Part shown: one piece after another, positions 21,786 through 33,620 of the stretch
Position numbering within the stretch: position 1 is the stretch's first letter
How the letters are laid out: every line of letters begins with the position of its first letter
From: an uncultured Planctomycetota bacterium
GTDB taxonomy: Bacteria; Planctomycetota; Planctomycetia; Isosphaerales; Isosphaeraceae
Assembly (NCBI GenBank): GCA_963845755.1
Contig: CAWJTV010000005.1
Coordinates: 32,001-96,000, forward strand
Length of the DNA stretch: 64,000 bases
Reading direction: 5' to 3'
The notes under the pieces: model-generated
Told to the model about the DNA's origin: nothing
Databases searched by the model: none
The model's input: the letters and a program-made list of their open reading frames with translations, nothing else
Translations under genes and position numbers: made by a program

Positions 21786-22516
21786 TTATTCGATTCCAAA
21801 CGTCGCCTTGCCGAGAATCTTGGTATTACTCACCTGGGTCACCTTGAGGATCTCGGCCCCGCCCTTGCGGAACGTGATGCCATCGGCGAACTGATGGGTC
21901 CCTCCATCGGCCGGCGTGAAGGTGTACTTCTTGACCGGGAACTTGGCCGCGTGATCTGTAGGACTGTACAGTTGAATGGTGCCCGCGTAGTCGGTGACAG
22001 GCTGACCTGCGCGATCGAGGGCGGTCACCGAGAAAGTCACGGGAGTCCCCGGGCGCCGAAGTGTTGGGGTGCGGTAATCCGGAACGATGTTGCCCTGGCG
22101 GGTGCTACGGAGACGCTGACGCTGGCCTCGCTCCGCCCGACGACTCGCTCGGCGGGAATGAACTCGGCCTGGATTTCATAGGTGTCTCCACCCTGGAGCC
22201 GGCCGGTGCCGAGCTGCGCGACGCCCCGCGGGTTCAGATGGGAGGAGCCCAGCACCTCCGTTGTGGGGGAAACGATGGAGAATCGCACTCGTCCGGTGGT
22301 CACAAGCCGGCCATGCGGGAAGGCATTCACCGTCGCAACCAGGATTACCCGCGATCCGGTCGCCGTCGTATTGGTCGAGGCCTGGAGCGAGGTGACCGTC
22401 GGCCGCTTTCCGGCAACGGTTTCGATCTGGGCGGAGGGCGATGAAGTGGTTGGGTGGGTCACACCGCTGAGCAAGACCCGCCCCTCCAAGGTCTCCACCG
22501 ACCAATTCCCGATCAT
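21786..22516 (-). CDS. Planctomycete secreted Ig-like domain protein (frame break near 22040)
   Basis: VETLEGRVLLS leader; Ig-like strands; second part TFSVTALDRAG...YAGTI...YTFTPADGGTHQF. Confidence 0.7.
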
Positions 22517-22928
22517 CCGGCGCTCGGTTGCGCACGGGCCTGCACTCCTCTCGATTCCTATGCGACATCCTGGCCTCCCCGGCCGAATCGCAACTCGTCC
22601 CAGAATGAGTGTCGGTCAGAGAACCCGCAGCGCTTTCGCGCTCGCCGATTTCTCGTCAATCGAGCACCGGAACCCATCGCGAATTGTCGCACCAGGCTGA
22701 AGTGAGATTAGGAAGACGGGGCAGAATTGAACGGAGGACCACCCCATCAAGGTACGGACAGTACCACGAAACCGCGACACCTGGCAAGATCCATCGGATC
22801 GGAGCAAAGGGGATCGCAACAATCATCGGCGCCCTTGAGTGCGCCACGGACGCGTCGATAACATGCTTTGACTCGGTCCCGGCACCTTGTGTTGACTTCG
22901 CAAGTTCCTCGAGGGCAGACTTTCAGCC

Positions 22929-23957
22929 ATGGCGAACGATTACGATGCGATCCTGGTCGTCGGTTTCGGAGGCCCGGAACGACCCGAGGACGTCATGCCG
23001 TTTCTCGAGAACGTCACGCGAGGTCGGAACGTTCCCCGGGAGCGACTGCTCGAGGTGGCCGAGCATTATCGTCATTTCGGTGGAGTCAGTCCGATCAATG
23101 CTCAGGTCCAAGAGTTGATCGGTGTCTTGAGGACGGAACTCGACCAATCCGGCCTCTCGCAGCCGATTTACTGGGGAAACCGGAACTGGCACCCGATGCT
23201 CGCCGACACGCTCAGCGCGATGGCTGCGTCGAGCGTAAAGCGGGCGCTGGCGGTTGTGCTGGCGGCGTATAGCTCGTACTCCAGTTGCCGCCAGTATCGA
23301 GAGGACATCGAGCGCGCGCGGGAAGTGGCCGGGCCGCACGCGCCTCCCGTTAACAAGGTGCGGGTGTTCTACAATCATCCCGGCTTTGTCCTGGCAAACG
23401 GGGAGCGTGTTCGGGAGGCGCTGGGCTCGATCCCTGCCGAACGGCAGAGATCGGTCCACGTCGTCTTCACGGCGCACAGCATCCCGCTCTCCATGGCCCG
23501 GACTTGCGACTACGAACAACAGCTTCTTGAGACGTGCCGCCTGGTTGCGGAAGAAGTTGGGATCAGCGCGGATCGTTGGGCGACGGTCTACCAGAGTCGA
23601 AGCGGCCGGCCCGGAGATCCCTGGCTGGAACCGGATATCCTGGATTATCTCAGGGACTTACATCGATCGGGTGTCCAGGATGTCCTGATTCATCCCGTCG
23701 GATTTCTGTCCGATCACGTCGAGGTTCTCTACGACCTGGACGAGGAGGCTCGCCACATCTGTGAAGAACTCGGTATGGGGATGGTCCGAAGCCGGAGCGT
23801 CGGCTCTCATCCCCTTTTCGTGGCGATGCTTCGCGAGCTCATCGAGGAGCGAATCCGAGGCGTCCCCGAACGGACTCGCCGGGCGATCGGTCAGTTCGGA
23901 CCCAGCCACGATCTGTGTCCGGAGATGTGTTGCCTCCCACCCTCCCGGCCGCGCTGA
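22929..23957 (+). CDS. hemH: Ferrochelatase
   Basis: FGGPE, HFGGVSP, FTAHSIP, YQSRSG, WLEPD, GFLSDHVEVLYDLD. Confidence 0.93.
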   Translation: MANDYDAILVVGFGGPERPEDVMPFLENVTRGRNVPRERLLEVAEHYRHFGGVSPINAQVQELIGVLRTELDQSGLSQPIYWGNRNWHPMLADTLSAMAASSVKRALAVVLAAYSSYSSCRQYREDIERAREVAGPHAPPVNKVRVFYNHPGFVLANGERVREALGSIPAERQRSVHVVFTAHSIPLSMARTCDYEQQLLETCRLVAEEVGISADRWATVYQSRSGRPGDPWLEPDILDYLRDLHRSGVQDVLIHPVGFLSDHVEVLYDLDEEARHICEELGMGMVRSRSVGSHPLFVAMLRELIEERIRGVPERTRRAIGQFGPSHDLCPEMCCLPPSRPR

Positions 23958-23988
23958 GAGTCTCGAGCGCATGTCCCCCGGGTTGCGG

Positions 23989-24513
23989 CTAGACTTCCAG
24001 GTCCACGGGTTTCGGTTTCTCCGTGTTGGCGCACCAGGAACTGGCTCCGACACCGCGAGCCGGGTCGGTCCAATGCCAAGGCGTGCCGCAGGATTTCCTC
24101 GAAGATTCCGCGAACCGGATCCGCTCGACAGAGACCCATTCGTTCTCTGACATCTCACCACCCACGTAGTGGACGAAATATCGGTCGCCGTCGCGTTTCA
24201 GGACGAAGCCAGGATGCCACTCTTCATCCCTCTCGATCACGATCTCGCTGGCACAAGGGTGGTCAACGACGCTGGTGGCCGAACCGGGCGGACCCAGAAG
24301 ACTCAAAATCTCTTCGGCAGACATCCCGCGCTCGAGCATCTGTTGCTTGAGGGCCGTCTCCATCCGGACTTTGCTCACGCTTGCCCAGGCTGGGACGATG
24401 ATCCCTGCCAGACTGATAATGACGCAAAGGCCTACACCCATCCCCACGATGGCCAGGGCTAGAATCTGTGCGGAGCTGAAGTCGGCGGGGACCGGGACGA
24501 GATGATTGACCAT
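23989..24513 (-). CDS. Membrane protein with C-terminal Tudor/SH3-like beta-barrel
   Basis: TM helix, LKQQMLERGMSAEEI, then WHPGFVLKRDGDRYFVHYVGGEMSENEWVSVERIR. Confidence 0.65.
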   Translation of the reverse strand: MVNHLVPVPADFSSAQILALAIVGMGVGLCVIISLAGIIVPAWASVSKVRMETALKQQMLERGMSAEEILSLLGPPGSATSVVDHPCASEIVIERDEEWHPGFVLKRDGDRYFVHYVGGEMSENEWVSVERIRFAESSRKSCGTPWHWTDPARGVGASSWCANTEKPKPVDLEV

Positions 24514-24848
24514 CAGCTATCTCCTTGCGGCAGAGGATACGAGGTATTCGAGGTGGGGATCGAATCGCGAGTTATCTGGAATTCGGAGGATACGGGTTTT
24601 TATTGTGGATCGGAGCCGATTGATTGACATGCGAGCAGTAGGAGACCTCTCGACGGCCCTAGACAGCCAACCCAGCCAGCACGTATCGTGATACGTGGTC
24701 CATAGAAACGAATGGGGAGACGTGGCGTTCTCGGTGCCAACCGCGGCCGCGGAGAAAAACCCCGTAGGGAGCCGCTTCCCGGAGGATTCGGTCAGGTCCC
24801 GGTGGGACGGCGTCCCACGCGGCGAATGTCAAAGAGGAGAAAGGGTTG

Positions 24849-26015
24849 ATGGCTCCGCGTCGTATCTTGCTGGTCGAAGATAGCTCCACCATGCGTCGAA
24901 TGCTCTCGATGAAGCTCGTCGCGGAGGGGTACGACGTCTCCACCGCCAATGACGGTGTTGAGGGCCTGGGCAAAGCCCGCGAGGAGCCACGGCCGGAGTT
25001 GATCCTGACGGACTACGAGATGCCCGAGATGGACGGAGCGGGATTGTGCAAGGCCCTCAAAGCGGACAAGGAAGTACGCTCGATCCCGGTCCTCATGCTG
25101 ACGACGCTCGCCGAGACGGACAACAAGGTCGCAGGGCTGGAGGCCGGGGCGGACGATTATATCGTGAAGCCGAAGAGCCCCGATGATTTCCGTGAGCTGT
25201 TCGCGAAGATCCGAGCCCACTTTCGGATCGCCGACCTCAGTCGGGAACTCGCCGATCGGAATCGGTTGTTGGAGGCCGCCCACAAGAAGTTGATGTTCGA
25301 GCTGGTTCTGGCCCAAAAGGTCCAGCTTGCCCTGATGCCCCGTCCACCCAAGCCCCGAGGCGTGCTGCGACTGGCGGTCCGATACAAGCCGGCGAATCAG
25401 TTGGGTGGAGATGTCTACGACATCTATCGCCTGGACAACGACCGCCTGGGAATCCTGGTGGCCGACGTCTCGGGCCATGGCGTCAACTCGGCGATGCTAT
25501 CGGGCATGGTCAAGGCCCTGGCAGCTCCGCTGTCGATCGCGGTACTTGAACCCGGCGAGCTGCTGGCAGGGCTCGACGTGGCGACCGAGCAGTATTTCCC
25601 CGAGGGCTATTTCTGTACGGGGTTCTATCTGATCGCCGATGAGGAGACGGGATTGGTGCGGTACGCCGGGGTCGGCCATCCTCCCGCCATCATCGTCGGA
25701 CCCAACGGGCCGCGCACGCTCCCGTCGAATCCGGGGATGCTGGGAATCGGCATGGTCAACGGCACTGCCGGAGATGCGGATCGCATCGATCCGGGCGAAT
25801 CCCTCGTCATCTACACCGACGGCCTGACGGACGCCATGGACCCATCGGACGCGCTCTTCGGCGAGGAACGCCTCAAGACCGTCCTCCAGTCCCACTACGG
25901 CGCCGATCCCAACGAGATTCTCAACCAGGTCAACGCGGCACTCGAGCGCCATACGTCTCCCGGCACTCCGTCTGACGATATCAATATCATCGTGCTCCAG
26001 CATCCCTCGGAGTAG
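24849..26015 (+). CDS. Response regulator-PP2C (SpoIIE/RsbU-type) phosphatase
   Basis: REC domain (LLVEDS, TDYEMP, DYIVKP) plus GGDVYD, ADVSGHG, YTDGL, DDI. Confidence 0.92.
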   Translation: MAPRRILLVEDSSTMRRMLSMKLVAEGYDVSTANDGVEGLGKAREEPRPELILTDYEMPEMDGAGLCKALKADKEVRSIPVLMLTTLAETDNKVAGLEAGADDYIVKPKSPDDFRELFAKIRAHFRIADLSRELADRNRLLEAAHKKLMFELVLAQKVQLALMPRPPKPRGVLRLAVRYKPANQLGGDVYDIYRLDNDRLGILVADVSGHGVNSAMLSGMVKALAAPLSIAVLEPGELLAGLDVATEQYFPEGYFCTGFYLIADEETGLVRYAGVGHPPAIIVGPNGPRTLPSNPGMLGIGMVNGTAGDADRIDPGESLVIYTDGLTDAMDPSDALFGEERLKTVLQSHYGADPNEILNQVNAALERHTSPGTPSDDINIIVLQHPSE

Positions 26016-26331
26016 CTCCGCACAAGGAATGCCAATACGCTGCGACCCAACGTTCCGCCGGTTTCCCTTCGACGTTTTTCTGGACGCTCCCCAAGCCCCT
26101 AGGGGCATGTTAAACTAATGGGGTAGCGGGGATTGTCTCCGAGCTCGAATCCCGCTTCTCCGGCTCGCCAGAAGATGCGTTCCGATCCAGGCATGATAAG
26201 CTAACTCGACTGCACCACTCGACGAGTGGGTGAGCGTATGGTGCGCCATACCGAGAGCAAGTGCACGTAGAGCCTGGCCATGAAAGACTTTCGGGAGAAT
26301 GAGCTGTTAGGGTTCCAGGTCCGGAATTGGA

Positions 26332-26685
26332 ATGAGGGGCCGAATTCGGCCTCGCCGGTTCCTGTCAGGCCGCCTGCCGGTGGGGGGCGAGCGAGTGGTT
26401 GAACCGATCGACGCGACGATTCTGGTAACCGGACCGGTCACGGTCTACGAGGTCGGAACGATCCGCGAGACATTTCGGGCCGCTCTGTCGGAAAGGACGG
26501 CGGTTCGAATCGATCTATCGGATTCGGGTCCATGGGACGTCGCTGGTCTCCAGCTCCTGATTTCCTGCGTGAAGTCCGGATGGGAACGGGGGCAGTCGGT
26601 GCTGTTGGTGAATCCTCCGCGAGTTTGTGCTGATCTGGCCGATCGATCCGGCTTGTTGGATTGGCTGCGTTCCGTGGAAGGCTGA
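26332..26685 (+). CDS. STAS domain protein; true start probably near 26395
   Basis: GPVTVYEV...IDLSDSGPWDVAGLQLL. Confidence 0.8.
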   Translation: MRGRIRPRRFLSGRLPVGGERVVEPIDATILVTGPVTVYEVGTIRETFRAALSERTAVRIDLSDSGPWDVAGLQLLISCVKSGWERGQSVLLVNPPRVCADLADRSGLLDWLRSVEG

Positions 26686-27098
26686 GAGGACGTGAAGGAT
26701 TCGGATGGATGATCCCAAATTCAAAACTCAATGAACGCAATTCCCTATGCGGGAATGACTTGCTTCCCCTTTGAATCTTGAATTTGTGATTTTGGATCGA
26801 TCTTTTACGGCCACAGAATCATCCCGCAACTGGAAGAGGTCCGTGAATCGCTGTCCTTCGAGGCGATCGGTAGGCTCCTCAGAAACCGTGAACGTATCGA
26901 TTTTAGGGCACACGATAAAGACAGACTATGGGTGTAACTCCTGTCAACACAGAGCGTTAAGCTCGTAGAATCCGAGATTCTCTGGTCGATTTCTTCACGT
27001 GTTGTTAGCGGAGAGCCGGGGCACACGAAGAACGCCTGGGACAAAGGAGCTGGCTCTGGGCCACACGACATCGGACGGCGGACGTTGGACAACGGACT

Positions 27099-27464
27099 AT
27101 GAGCAAGACCATCGTTCATGCGGATGATAGCGCCTCGGTGCGTCGGTGGGTGGCCGAGCAACTCAGCGACATGGACGTCAAGGTCGTCTCGGTCGCCGAT
27201 GGAGAAGCAGCGCTTCGAGTCCTGAAGGAATCGCCCTGCGATCTCCTTCTGACCGATCTCGAGATGCCCAACCTCGACGGCCTTCAACTGGTTGCGGCCG
27301 TTCGTGATCTCCCCATGCATCGCTTCCTGCCGGTCCTCGTCTTGTCGTGCCGACTGCCCGAAGAATTCGAATCCCAAGACCGCCAGGGTGTCACCGGTTG
27401 GCTGGTCAAGCCGGTCGCCCCGGACAACCTGCGACGCTGGGTCCGGCGGGCCCTGCCACGATGA
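27099..27464 (+). CDS. cheY: Single-domain response regulator, CheY-like
   Basis: ADDSASVR, LTDLEMPNLDG, GWLVKP; lies directly before cheA. Confidence 0.8.
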   Translation: MSKTIVHADDSASVRRWVAEQLSDMDVKVVSVADGEAALRVLKESPCDLLLTDLEMPNLDGLQLVAAVRDLPMHRFLPVLVLSCRLPEEFESQDRQGVTGWLVKPVAPDNLRRWVRRALPR

Positions 27465-27807
27465 AGGTCTCGCGAGGAGTTTGTGTTCGATTTCGGGAAT
27501 CACGGTAGAATTAGGATGATCAAGACAAAACGTTACCGGCCCCTGAACTCACCGGCACACTCGGAATCGGAGCCGCGTTCGGGCGGAACGGAGGCGTAGG
27601 TGTTGCCGCAGGCTCGATCGAGTCAGAGGCACTAGACGGGCCGCCTCAAAGTTACAGATTCCGACTAGTGGATGGATATTACGCCTTTTCCAATTGGCAC
27701 TTGCATTCGTTGAGACTTGACCTGGAAGAGCTTCGATCCGCTGGTCTTCCCAGGCGTTGGGCGATGCTACTTAGGGCTTCTGGGACCATTCTCGAGGACA
27801 GACGCCA

Positions 27808-30273
27808 TTGACTGAAAGTGCGGATGATCGATTCCGCGAGATGTTTTTCGAGGAAGCGCGTGAACTCCTGATCGGCCTCGAAGAAGGCCTGATGGATCTG
27901 GAGCGGCGTCAAGGGGATCGTGCGCATCTGGATAAAACGTTCCGTGCGGCCCACAGTCTCAAGGGTGCTGCCGGTATGGTGGGCTTGATGGCCCTCGCCG
28001 AGTTCACGCATGGTATCGAAGCCGTGCTGGATCGGATCCGCGCCGGCGCACTGACGGTGGATTCCGACATCATCACGACCCTGCTCGAAGCGCGCGATCA
28101 CCTGGCGGCGATGGTGGAAGCCGAGTCGGCCAAGTCGCCCATTCCCCCCTCGACCGAGCTCTCCCAGCGGCTCGGCGCGCTGCTGCGCGGGATGTCCCAA
28201 ACCCCGAAACCGCCAGGAAAAGGCGGTGGTCCCTCATCGCCACCACCAGCTCCCGACGTTCCGCCTGCCGCTCCACCTCGTTCAACATCCCCGGCGGAAT
28301 CGAATACGTCCCGAGCGACCCCGGAAGAGCCTCGGCGTCAAGCGAGTGCCTCATCAGGTCCACCCGAGCCGAATCCGGCGGAGGCGAGAGCTCCCGAAGA
28401 TCCTGGCAAACCGAGCCGTCGGAAGGCTCCGAAGGGGAGTGGTGGGGACTCGGCCTCGAAGTCACGACCGTCCCGCGGGAAGACCCAGAAGATGGGCCGG
28501 TCCGCCAATTCACCGACATCCCCACCTTCAGGAGTGGGCTCGGGGGCCAAGGGTGAGGGGTCGGAGTTCCATGACTACCGCATCACCCTCTCTCCAGGCC
28601 CCGACATTCTCCGCCGCGGGATCAATCCGCTCGGCGTCTTCGACGAGCTGCGCGAGCTCGGCACGGCGACGGTCTCCACGGATGTTGAGCAGGTTCCCTC
28701 GCTCGACGTGATCGACCCGGAGCGCTGTTATCTGAACTGGACTATCCACGTCCACACCGACGCGGAACCCGATCGGCTCAACGAGGTGTTCCTGTTCTTT
28801 ACGGAGGATAGTTCCGTCATCATCGAACGTCGAGCCGATGATGGCCGTTGGGTGCGCGTAGATACGGACGAGAGGGCTGCACCGCCGCCAGTCACTCTCC
28901 CGGGGAATGGGGCCGCGAGCGTCGTGCTCCCGGACGAATCTCCCGCTGTGACCGAAGTGGCGATCCCGCAGTTGCCACCGGCGCCCGTCTCAGTCCCGAC
29001 TTCACTCTCGGTTTTGCCACCTGCCGCGGCGGGAAATGGCGCACCGCACACGCGTGTCACGCCGCGCCCGCACTCTCGAATCCGGGTCAACGCCACCCAA
29101 CTCGACGAACTGGTCGGGCTCGCCGGGGAACTCGCCGTCCTGTCGGACAACCTCATGGGCTTGCGTGAAGTCCATGGCGTGGAATCCTGGTTGCATGCGC
29201 TTGAGTCGCTCCAGCGGGTGAGTCGTGAAATCCGAGATACGACGCTCGACTTGCGGATGGTGCCCGTCGACGAGCTGTTCTCGCGGTTTCCGCGAGTGGT
29301 CCGAGACCTGGCCGATCGCTCGGGCAAAGAGATCGACCTGCGGATCGTCGGCCAGGAGACGCGCCTGGACCGGACGATTGTCGAGCGGCTGAGCGATCCG
29401 ATGGTGCACCTGATCCGCAACGCCGTGGACCATGCGTTGGAACATCCGAAGGACCGCCTCGAGCGGGGAAAGCCGCGCGTCGGCCGGATCACGCTCTCGG
29501 CCGGGCACGAGGGAGATCGGGTCGCCATCCGGGTCGAGGACGATGGTCGGGGGCTGGACCGCGAGAAGATCGTCCGCAAGGGAATCGCTCTGAAGATGAT
29601 CGCGCCGGGGACCGCCGCGGAAGACCCTCGGGTCGTCAGCCTCATCTTCGAGCCGGGTTTTTCGACGCGCGACACGGTCAACGAGCTCTCCGGCCGCGGA
29701 GTCGGCCTGGACGTGGTCCGCGACGCGGTCCGGGCTCTGCGGGGCACCGTGACGGTCGAGAGTACGCCCGGCAAGGGGACCGCCTTCATCTTCCGATTGC
29801 CCCTGACCCTGGCCTTGATCGACGGACTGCTGATCGAGACGGCCGGTGGGAAATACGTCGTCCCTCTGGCCCAGGTCGAGGAATGTGTGGCGCTCAATGG
29901 GACGCGTTCGGCCCTGGCGGAAGATCGGCCCTGCGTGTCGGTGCGCGGCGACCTGGTCCCGATGGTCTCGCTCCGCAAACTGTTCCAGACCGACGGCCCT
30001 TTGCCGGCGCGACAAGAGCTACTCCTCACGCGACATGCCGGTCAACGGGTCGGAATCGCGGTCGATCGGCTGCTGGGACGCGTCCAGGCGGTCATCCAGT
30101 CCCTGGGCGAGGGACTCCATGGCATCAACCGCTTCTCCGGAGCCACCATCTTGGGCGATGGCTCCGTCTCCCTTATCCTCGATTTGTCGGCCCTGGTGTC
30201 GGAATCACGATTCGCCGAGCAGAGCGCACGTTTCACGCCCTCGGCCGGTGGCAGGGCGGAGGGTTTTCGATGA
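27808..30273 (+). CDS. cheA: Chemotaxis histidine kinase
   Basis: Hpt [38 protein letters not shown]-terminal CheW-like domain. Confidence 0.95.
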   Translation: MTESADDRFREMFFEEARELLIGLEEGLMDLERRQGDRAHLDKTFRAAHSLKGAAGMVGLMALAEFTHGIEAVLDRIRAGALTVDSDIITTLLEARDHLAAMVEAESAKSPIPPSTELSQRLGALLRGMSQTPKPPGKGGGPSSPPPAPDVPPAAPPRSTSPAESNTSRATPEEPRRQASASSGPPEPNPAEARAPEDPGKPSRRKAPKGSGGDSASKSRPSRGKTQKMGRSANSPTSPPSGVGSGAKGEGSEFHDYRITLSPGPDILRRGINPLGVFDELRELGTATVSTDVEQVPSLDVIDPERCYLNWTIHVHTDAEPDRLNEVFLFFTEDSSVIIERRADDGRWVRVDTDERAAPPPVTLPGNGAASVVLPDESPAVTEVAIPQLPPAPVSVPTSLSVLPPAAAGNGAPHTRVTPRPHSRIRVNATQLDELVGLAGELAVLSDNLMGLREVHGVESWLHALESLQRVSREIRDTTLDLRMVPVDELFSRFPRVVRDLADRSGKEIDLRIVGQETRLDRTIVERLSDPMVHLIRNAVDHALEHPKDRLERGKPRVGRITLSAGHEGDRVAIRVEDDGRGLDREKIVRKGIALKMIAPGTAAEDPRVVSLIFEPGFSTRDTVNELSGRGVGLDVVRDAVRALRGTVTVESTPGKGTAFIFRLPLTLALIDGLLIETAGGKYVVPLAQVEECVALNGTRSALAEDRPCVSVRGDLVPMVSLRKLFQTDGPLPARQELLLTRHAGQRVGIAVDRLLGRVQAVIQSLGEGLHGINRFSGATILGDGSVSLILDLSALVSESRFAEQSARFTPSAGGRAEGFR

Positions 30274-32120
30274 GACTCACTCTGAGAAAAAAGCTGACAA
30301 CTGCCCTCGTTCTCTTCGGCGTGGTGCCCGCGGCTTGCGTCGCCGCGTTCGCGTTCCGGGCCATGGACGATTACAAGGACAAACAAAGGATCCTCATCCG
30401 CCAGGCGGCGGCCTCCATCGCCACTCACCTTCGGCCGGAATTGGAGACCCATCTCAAGGACCTCAAGGCGGGGGCGAGCCTGACCTTTGACGATAATGAG
30501 CGGCTCGTGATCGAACAGCGGATCCGAGCAATCCTCGACAACTACAAGCTCGAGACGGCCAAGGTCTATCTGGTCGATCCCCGCAGCAAGGTCCTCCTCA
30601 AGCGGCAGGATACCGGCTTCTTCGACTTCAACCAGCAGAATCCCTCCAATTACCTCGGCCGATACGACAGGGTCGTCAACAACGCCAAGAACCGCCCTCA
30701 TTTCGAGGAGGTCGAGGCGTCCGAGAACCCCCTGGAGAAGATACCGGCCGAGGTCGTGGGTACCTCGCCCGTTCCGCTGACCACATTCGATCCGAAGCAG
30801 GATAATCAGGGCTACAATGTGCTGACCATCGTCCCTCGCAAGGACGCTTACCAGATGATGTATAACAACCAGATTCTCATCGGCTGGATCCTGGGTTTAT
30901 CATTGACCCTGACGCTGGTCCTGGGCTGGTTCATGGGGCTCTGGTTCGTCCGTCCGCTACACCAGATCATCGACGTCACGCGGAAGCTCCAGGAGGGCCA
31001 ACTTTACAACCGTACCGAGGTCCGACGCGACGACGAACTCGGCGAGCTGGCGACCCAGGTGAACTCGGTCGTGGACAAGTGGGCCGAGCTGATCAGCCAG
31101 ATCCGGACCATGACGGCTTCGGTGTCAACGGCCAGTAACGAGCTGAATTCGAGCGCACATCAGTTGGCTCAAGGTTCCTCGGAGCAGGCGGCCACCCTCC
31201 AAGAGATTGCCGGCAGTCTCCAATCGGTGGACGCTTCGGTCGGCCGGAACGCCCAGCACGCCCGAGAGACCGCGCGCATGGCCAACGAGGCGAGTGGTCA
31301 GGCGGAGAAAGGCGGCGAAGCGGTCCGCGAGACCGTCGTGGCGATGCGCGAGATTACCCAGAAAATCCTTATTGTGGATGATATCGCCTATCAGACCAAT
31401 CTCCTGGCACTGAATGCGGCCATCGAAGCGGCTCGTGCCGGGGCGCATGGCAAGGGATTCGCCGTCGTTGCGGGCGAGGTTCGAAAACTCGCCGAACGGA
31501 GTCAGGCCGCCGCTCAGCAAATCAGCGACCTTGCCAAGAAAAGCGTCGCCGTGGCCGAGAATGCCGGCATGCTCTTGGATAAAACCGTACCCCAAATCCG
31601 GGATACCTCCCACCTCATTCAGGAGATCGCCGCGGCATCCCAAGAGCAAATGTCGGCCATTCGCGAAATCAACCTGGGCGTCAGCCAGTTGGAGGAAGTC
31701 GTGCAACAGAATGCCGCGGCCAGTCATGAACTGTCGGGGACGTCCAATGACCTGGCAGCGCATTCCACCAGCCTGCAGCAGAAAGTCAACTTTTTTCAGC
31801 TTGATACGACGGGTAACGGATACTTCGGGGGGGGATCGACGAGCCGGCCCTCGCTGAGTTCCGGCCTGCGCCGACCCGCTCCGGCGCCCCGGCGGCTCAC
31901 CGCGCCTCGACAGCGACCCAATCACGGCGGTGTGGTTGATGGCCAGCACGGGAGCATCCATGCATCCGCTCCAATGCAGGCACCTGCGTCCGCCTTGTCG
32001 CAGAATACAGGGTCCTCAGCCGGCACCGGGGGTGCATCCAATAACCTGGGGACGCCGCAAAGGGGAGGCGTGGTCGTAAACCTTCTTGACGATGACGACA
32101 ACTTCGAACGATTCTCATAA
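30270..32120 (+). CDS. Methyl-accepting chemotaxis protein (2 TM, HAMP, signalling domain)
   Basis: [37 protein letters not shown]; start ATG overlaps the cheA stop; C-terminal NFERF pentapeptide-like motif. Confidence 0.95.
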   Translation: MRLTLRKKLTTALVLFGVVPAACVAAFAFRAMDDYKDKQRILIRQAAASIATHLRPELETHLKDLKAGASLTFDDNERLVIEQRIRAILDNYKLETAKVYLVDPRSKVLLKRQDTGFFDFNQQNPSNYLGRYDRVVNNAKNRPHFEEVEASENPLEKIPAEVVGTSPVPLTTFDPKQDNQGYNVLTIVPRKDAYQMMYNNQILIGWILGLSLTLTLVLGWFMGLWFVRPLHQIIDVTRKLQEGQLYNRTEVRRDDELGELATQVNSVVDKWAELISQIRTMTASVSTASNELNSSAHQLAQGSSEQAATLQEIAGSLQSVDASVGRNAQHARETARMANEASGQAEKGGEAVRETVVAMREITQKILIVDDIAYQTNLLALNAAIEAARAGAHGKGFAVVAGEVRKLAERSQAAAQQISDLAKKSVAVAENAGMLLDKTVPQIRDTSHLIQEIAAASQEQMSAIREINLGVSQLEEVVQQNAAASHELSGTSNDLAAHSTSLQQKVNFFQLDTTGNGYFGGGSTSRPSLSSGLRRPAPAPRRLTAPRQRPNHGGVVDGQHGSIHASAPMQAPASALSQNTGSSAGTGGASNNLGTPQRGGVVVNLLDDDDNFERFS

Positions 32121-32242
32121 GAAGTGGCCTCATTACGCCGTCAAAGTCGCTTATCAATTGCGGGCGGCTTTCCATCGGCAACCGGAATAACAGAGGAGGC
32201 GCGGAAATCCCGTCTCTGGGTGGACGTCAAGGTGAAGGTGGG

Positions 32243-32752
32243 ATGATGGTTGATGTCGTCATGGAAACTAGCGTGGACACCGAGCGGGATCACACGCAAT
32301 CGTTCGTGGTCTTTCGGCTGGGAGGGGAAGGCTATGCTTTGGAAGTCATGCGCGTCCAGGAAGTCCTGGACATGCAGTCCTTGACGGAGGTCCCCGGCGG
32401 CCCAAGATTCATGCTGGGAGTGATCAATCTCCGGGGTCGCGTGGTTCCAGTCTATGATCTACGGATGCCTTTTGGATTGGCGAGAGATTCCAAGTTGACA
32501 CGGGCCCCTTGCGTCCTGATCGTTGAATCCTCGTCGAACGGCGTCGACCAGATCACGGGTTTGTTGGTGGACAGGGTATCCGACGTCCTTGAGTTCTCGC
32601 CGGACGAGGTGCAACCCCCTCCTCAATTAGGACTTGGGAAAGCGACTCCATTTGTTCGCGGTCTGATACGTCACCAGGACGGCTTCCTGCTCGTATTGGA
32701 TGTAGATCGTGTCTTTTCGACCCTCGGGTCGTTGAACGGTGAGGGAGTGTGA
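32243..32752 (+). CDS. cheW: Chemotaxis adaptor
   Basis: VVFRLGGEGYAL, GVINLRGRVVPVYDL, GLLVDRVSDV. Confidence 0.93.
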   Translation: MMVDVVMETSVDTERDHTQSFVVFRLGGEGYALEVMRVQEVLDMQSLTEVPGGPRFMLGVINLRGRVVPVYDLRMPFGLARDSKLTRAPCVLIVESSSNGVDQITGLLVDRVSDVLEFSPDEVQPPPQLGLGKATPFVRGLIRHQDGFLLVLDVDRVFSTLGSLNGEGV

Positions 32753-32753
32753 C

Positions 32754-33614
32754 GTGGCAACATCGGGCACGCCGTCACTCCCGCCGGAGATTGAAGCCTG
32801 GTCCGAAAAGGACTTCGCTCCGATCATGACCTTCCTGCGCAACCAGATCGGGATTACGCTGGAAAGTCATCGAATGGGGTTGATGCAGGCTCGATTGCGA
32901 TCACGCCTTCAAGTCAAGAATCTCCATAGCTTCACACAATTTCACGAACAGGTCCTCAGGGTCGAGCCGACGGGGTGGGGCACCCAGTTGTTGATCGACC
33001 TGAGCACGGTGAATCACACCGCGTTCTTTCGCGAGCCGGCCCATTTCACCTTCATGGCCGAGAAAGTCGCGGCATGGCTCAGGGAGTCGCCGAGCACGCC
33101 GATCCGGATCTGGTCGGCCGGGTGTTCCTCCGGCCAGGAGCCTTACAGCATGGCCATGGTCCTGGCGGAGAGCGTCCCCGCCCCAGCGTTACAGAAGATG
33201 GAGATTTGGGCCAGCGACCTTTCCCTGGAGATGCTCAAGGTGGCCGCCGGCGCCATCTACACGACCCGGGACGTCCAGGGAGTCTCACCGCAACGATTGC
33301 GTCGGTTTTTTCTCCTGGGGCGAGGCCCGCGTGAAGGCTCATTTCGGATCGTCCCCGAGATCCGGGACCTCGTGAAGTTCCGACACGTCGACTTGCGGAA
33401 CCCGGCCTGGCCGGTGCCCACGGATTTTCCCTTGATCTTCTGCCGGAATGTATCCATCTATTTTGCCGAAGACGAGCGGATGGCACTCATGAATCACCTG
33501 TCACAGCACCTCCGACCCGGCGGGTGGCTGGCGATGGGCAACGGGGAGATCCTTCCGGGGGTCACTACGTCGCTCCGCAAGCACTCTCCGTCGTTGTTCC
33601 AGAAGGAGGGATGA
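32754..33614 (+). CDS. cheR: Chemotaxis methyltransferase
   Basis: TAFFRE, IWSAGCSSGQEPYS, IFCRNVSIYF. Confidence 0.93.
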   Translation: MATSGTPSLPPEIEAWSEKDFAPIMTFLRNQIGITLESHRMGLMQARLRSRLQVKNLHSFTQFHEQVLRVEPTGWGTQLLIDLSTVNHTAFFREPAHFTFMAEKVAAWLRESPSTPIRIWSAGCSSGQEPYSMAMVLAESVPAPALQKMEIWASDLSLEMLKVAAGAIYTTRDVQGVSPQRLRRFFLLGRGPREGSFRIVPEIRDLVKFRHVDLRNPAWPVPTDFPLIFCRNVSIYFAEDERMALMNHLSQHLRPGGWLAMGNGEILPGVTTSLRKHSPSLFQKEG

Positions 33615-33620
33615 CCTTCC

